A stretch of DNA of 64,000 bases from Elusimicrobiota bacterium (GTDB lineage Bacteria > Elusimicrobiota > Elusimicrobia > F11). Of this stretch, positions 61,996 to 64,000 are shown in pieces. Position 1 is the first letter of the stretch; every line of letters begins with the position of its first letter. A program made the position numbers and the translations under genes. The stretch covers positions 81,200 through 145,199 of the forward strand of contig JAJVIP010000011.1 of the NCBI GenBank assembly GCA_022072025.1, written 5' to 3'. Below the pieces are notes generated by a model. That model was not told the DNA's origin, did no database searches, and saw only the letters and a program-made list of their open reading frames with translations.

Positions 61996-62131
61996 GGCAA
62001 AACCGGTTTTTTTGTCAAGGGCAGCCCTTCGGGCTGCCACTTTTCCGGGGCTTGTATCCCCGGAAAAGTACCGCGGTAAGGTAACCCCGGACTTACATCC
62101 GGGGCTTCGGCCGCAGTGATTTGGTAAGGAG
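61996..62131 (+). promoter_or_regulatory. Structured leader upstream of tyrS (UUCG-capped GC hairpin plus two near-identical hairpins); possible cis-regulatory RNA
   Basis: Palindrome AAAACCGGTTTT (61999-62010). Hairpin GGCAGCC-CTTCG-GGCTGCC (62020-62038) followed by ACTTTTCC. Twin hairpins CCGGGG-CTTGTAT-CCCCGG (62045-62063) and CCCCGG-A-CTTACAT-CCGGGG (62085-62104) flank GUACCGCGG (62068-62076), which matches the 3' half of the T-box consensus. AAGGAG at 62126-62131. Confidence 0.3.
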
Positions 62132-62151
62132 CGCTTGGTTCATTTCTTATA

Positions 62152-63342
62152 ATGCGCCTCATGCAAAATGTTGACGAATCAGTTTCTAGAATTCTTCGCG
62201 GAACAACCCATGTGGTGTCTGAAGGAGAACTTCGTGAAAAATTAAAAAAAGGTCGCCCGTTGCGAGTCAAATTGGGCGTGGATCCCACAGCTCCCGATAT
62301 TCATTTGGGCCACACCGTGGTTCTCTCCAAGTTAAAGACCTTTCAAGATTTGGGCCACACCGTCGTCTTTATCATTGGTGATTTCACGGCCGCCATTGGC
62401 GACCCTTCTGGCCGCGACACCACGCGCCCCCCTCTCTCCGAGCAAATGATCAATGACAATATTCAGACCTACACCGATCAAGTCTTTAAAGTCCTCAACA
62501 AAGACAAAACCGAGGTTCGCTACAACGGCGAATGGCTCTATGACTTATTTGATCGTTCCAATCCCGCCTTTATGCCGAAAACCATTTTGAGAAACCACAC
62601 TGTTCAGCAGCTCATGGAGCGAGACGATTTTGCTCAACGTCGAAAAGCCGGGCAACCCATTTCGCTTTTGGAGCTCATGTATCCCCTTTTCCAGGGGTAT
62701 GATTCGGTGGCGGTCAAAGCCGATGTGGAACTGGGGGGGCATGATCAATTGTTCAACCTTTTGATGGGGCGGCAAATGCAAAAGGATGCCCAGCAGGAAC
62801 CCCAAGTGGTCTTAACACTGCCTCTTCTTGAAGGCTTGGATGGAGTTCGAAAAATGTCCAAATCCTACGGCAATCATGTGGGCGTGAAAGACCCTCAGGA
62901 TCAAATGTTTGGAAAACTTATGTCTATATCAGACCAGCTCATGTGGAAATATTTTGAGCTTTTAACCGAAGAAAATTTGGATGAAGTCAAAAAATTACAT
63001 CCCATGGAAGCCAAAAAACATTTGGCGGGGCTCGTGGTGACACGATTTCATGGAGAAGGGGCGGGAAAAAGCGCCAGGGAAAATTTTGAACAGATCTTTT
63101 CTAAAAAAGAAAATCCCGATGAAATGGAAGAGTTTCGGTTCACTTCCAAAGAAATGGACGCCGTTGAGTTGATTGTGGCGGCGAAGTTGGCTTCTTCAAA
63201 AAATGAAGCCAGACGCCTCGTGGAACAGGGCGGGGTGCAATTGGATGGTCAACGCGTCAACTTGGGAGAAAAAATTACCGTTTCGGTCCCAGGCGTGCTA
63301 AAAGTGGGAAAAAGAAAATTTAAGAAGTTGATACCTTTATAG
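62152..63342 (+). CDS. tyrS: Tyrosine--tRNA ligase (with C-terminal S4-like domain)
   Basis: HIGH motif (PDIHLGH), KMSKS motif (KMSKSYGN), and a C-terminal S4 region. The start could be ATG 62152 or 62161. Confidence 0.93.
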   Translation: MRLMQNVDESVSRILRGTTHVVSEGELREKLKKGRPLRVKLGVDPTAPDIHLGHTVVLSKLKTFQDLGHTVVFIIGDFTAAIGDPSGRDTTRPPLSEQMINDNIQTYTDQVFKVLNKDKTEVRYNGEWLYDLFDRSNPAFMPKTILRNHTVQQLMERDDFAQRRKAGQPISLLELMYPLFQGYDSVAVKADVELGGHDQLFNLLMGRQMQKDAQQEPQVVLTLPLLEGLDGVRKMSKSYGNHVGVKDPQDQMFGKLMSISDQLMWKYFELLTEENLDEVKKLHPMEAKKHLAGLVVTRFHGEGAGKSARENFEQIFSKKENPDEMEEFRFTSKEMDAVELIVAAKLASSKNEARRLVEQGGVQLDGQRVNLGEKITVSVPGVLKVGKRKFKKLIPL

Positions 63343-63398
63343 GAGTAGATTATGAAATGGAATCGTGGGATCTTGTTTGTATGCGAAGAAATGTTTGA

Positions 63399-63579
63399 GG
63401 GTCGCCGTCGCCCCGGCCTAGCTTTTAAGTGGAATGATGGTTGGCAAGTGTATAAGCCGGGGCCCAGTCGTTCCGGCAGAAGGTGTGATGGGATCACCTC
63501 CCTCTTGGGAGAGACTGGGTCCCGGCTTATACTCTTCTCAGCGCACACATCCTTTAAAAAATGGGCCGGGACGACGGCC
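63399..63579. repeat. ~180-nt nested inverted-repeat element (REP/MITE-like or structured RNA) in the tyrS-tal intergenic region
   Basis: Outer arms GGTCGCCGTCGCCCCGGCC (63399-63417) and GGGCCGGGACGACGGCC (63563-63579). Inner 19-bp arms TATAAGCCGGGGCCCAGTC (63451-63469) and GACTGGGTCCCGGCTTATA (63513-63531) with one G.U position. Central small hairpins GTGAT-GGG-ATCAC and CTCCC-TCTT-GGGAG. Confidence 0.45.
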
Positions 63580-63617
63580 ATGCTTGATCCCTTGTTGGGT
63601 TGCAGCGGAGTTGTGCT

Positions 63618-64000
63618 ATGAATCCGTTGGTTGAATTGGGGTCACAAAAACAAAGTTTCTGGTTGGATTTTATACGGCGTAGTTTGCTCACCAGTGGCGC
63701 CTTAAAGAAAATGGTGGTCGAAGATGGCTTGCGGGGCATGACCTCCAATCCCACTATTTTTGAAAAGGCCATCTCCTCAGGCAGCGAATATGACGCTGAT
63801 TTGAAGAAGCTGGCTCTGAAGGGATTATCGACTGAAGAAATTTTTGAAAACATCGCCGTGAAAGATATCCAGATGGCCGCGGACATATTAAAAACGGTTT
63901 ATAAATCAAGTGGGGGGACCGATGGTTTTGTCAGTTTGGAAGTCAACCCCGACTTGGCGTACAACACCCAGGCCACCGTGGCCCAAGCGAAACATCTATT
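63618..64000 (+). CDS. tal: Transaldolase, N-terminal part; gene continues beyond the window end
   Basis: Manual translation MNPLVELGSQKQSFWLDFIRRSLLTSGALKKMVVEDGLRGMTSNPTIFEKAI... matches the transaldolase N-terminus (GxTSNPTIF). Not in the ORF track because it is truncated. Confidence 0.85.
   Translation, partial: MNPLVELGSQKQSFWLDFIRRSLLTSGALKKMVVEDGLRGMTSNPTIFEKAISSGSEYDADLKKLALKGLSTEEIFENIAVKDIQMAADILKTVYKSSGGTDGFVSLEVNPDLAYNTQATVAQAKHL

Noticed and set aside
62045-62104. Calling the tyrS leader a bona fide T-box riboswitch
   Set aside because: Only the ACCGCGG-proximal half of the T-box sequence matches. There is no clear Stem I specifier architecture and no terminator/antiterminator pair downstream of the T-box motif. 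It is kept as a hypothesis only.
62148-62153. TATAAT hexamer overlapping the tyrS start codon
   Set aside because: No properly spaced -35 element is present: TTGGTT is 7 nt upstream and TTGGTA is 21 nt upstream. It is likely coincidental.
63352-63634. Small ORFs (89 and 66 aa) in the tyrS-tal spacer
   Set aside because: They coincide with the nested inverted-repeat element. Their translations are Gly/Arg/Pro-rich with no protein-like features, so they are treated as non-coding.

Overview
Gene-dense window (~50% GC) spanning the replication-origin neighbourhood of a bacterial chromosome, probably from an uncultivated or poorly characterised lineage. On the minus strand lies the conserved cluster rpmH-yidD-yidC-mnmE, but the rnpA gene expected between rpmH and yidD is absent. 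On the plus strand lie a GAF-ANTAR gene, dnaA, a DnaA-box cluster in the dnaA-dnaN spacer (candidate oriC), dnaN, recF, a DUF721/DciA-like gene, gyrB and gyrA. The most striking feature is a single uninterrupted 12.1 kb ORF (12849..24992, 4047 aa) wedged between rpmH and dnaA. It has a signal-peptide-like N-terminus, about 20 predicted transmembrane helices in four clusters, an SIS-like motif and several large domains with no family I can recognise; this is the candidate novel system. The left end carries a minus-strand operon of overlapping genes: HAD hydrolase, a histidine kinase fused through a C-terminal TM helix to a thermonuclease (SNase)-like domain, a Cas4-like PD-(D/E)XK nuclease, a family-4 uracil-DNA glycosylase, an unknown protein and glycerate kinase. 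Next comes a divergent pair of GT-C-type glycosyltransferases: a TMTC-like TPR protein and a GT2::PMT/ArnT-like fusion. The right half is housekeeping: PilZ plus GGDEF, tRNA-Ser(GCU), greA, def, asd, rplM-rpsI, HU, aminotransferase-hom-thrC, the livJHMGF ABC transporter, cinA, a NUDIX hydrolase, rsmA, an MFS transporter, tyrS and a partial transaldolase. Non-coding observations include a strong intrinsic terminator after the giant gene, a structured leader upstream of tyrS, and a loosely related set of GC-rich CCGGGG/CCCCGG palindromic elements in three intergenic regions. No CRISPR array, rRNA or obvious transposase was found.
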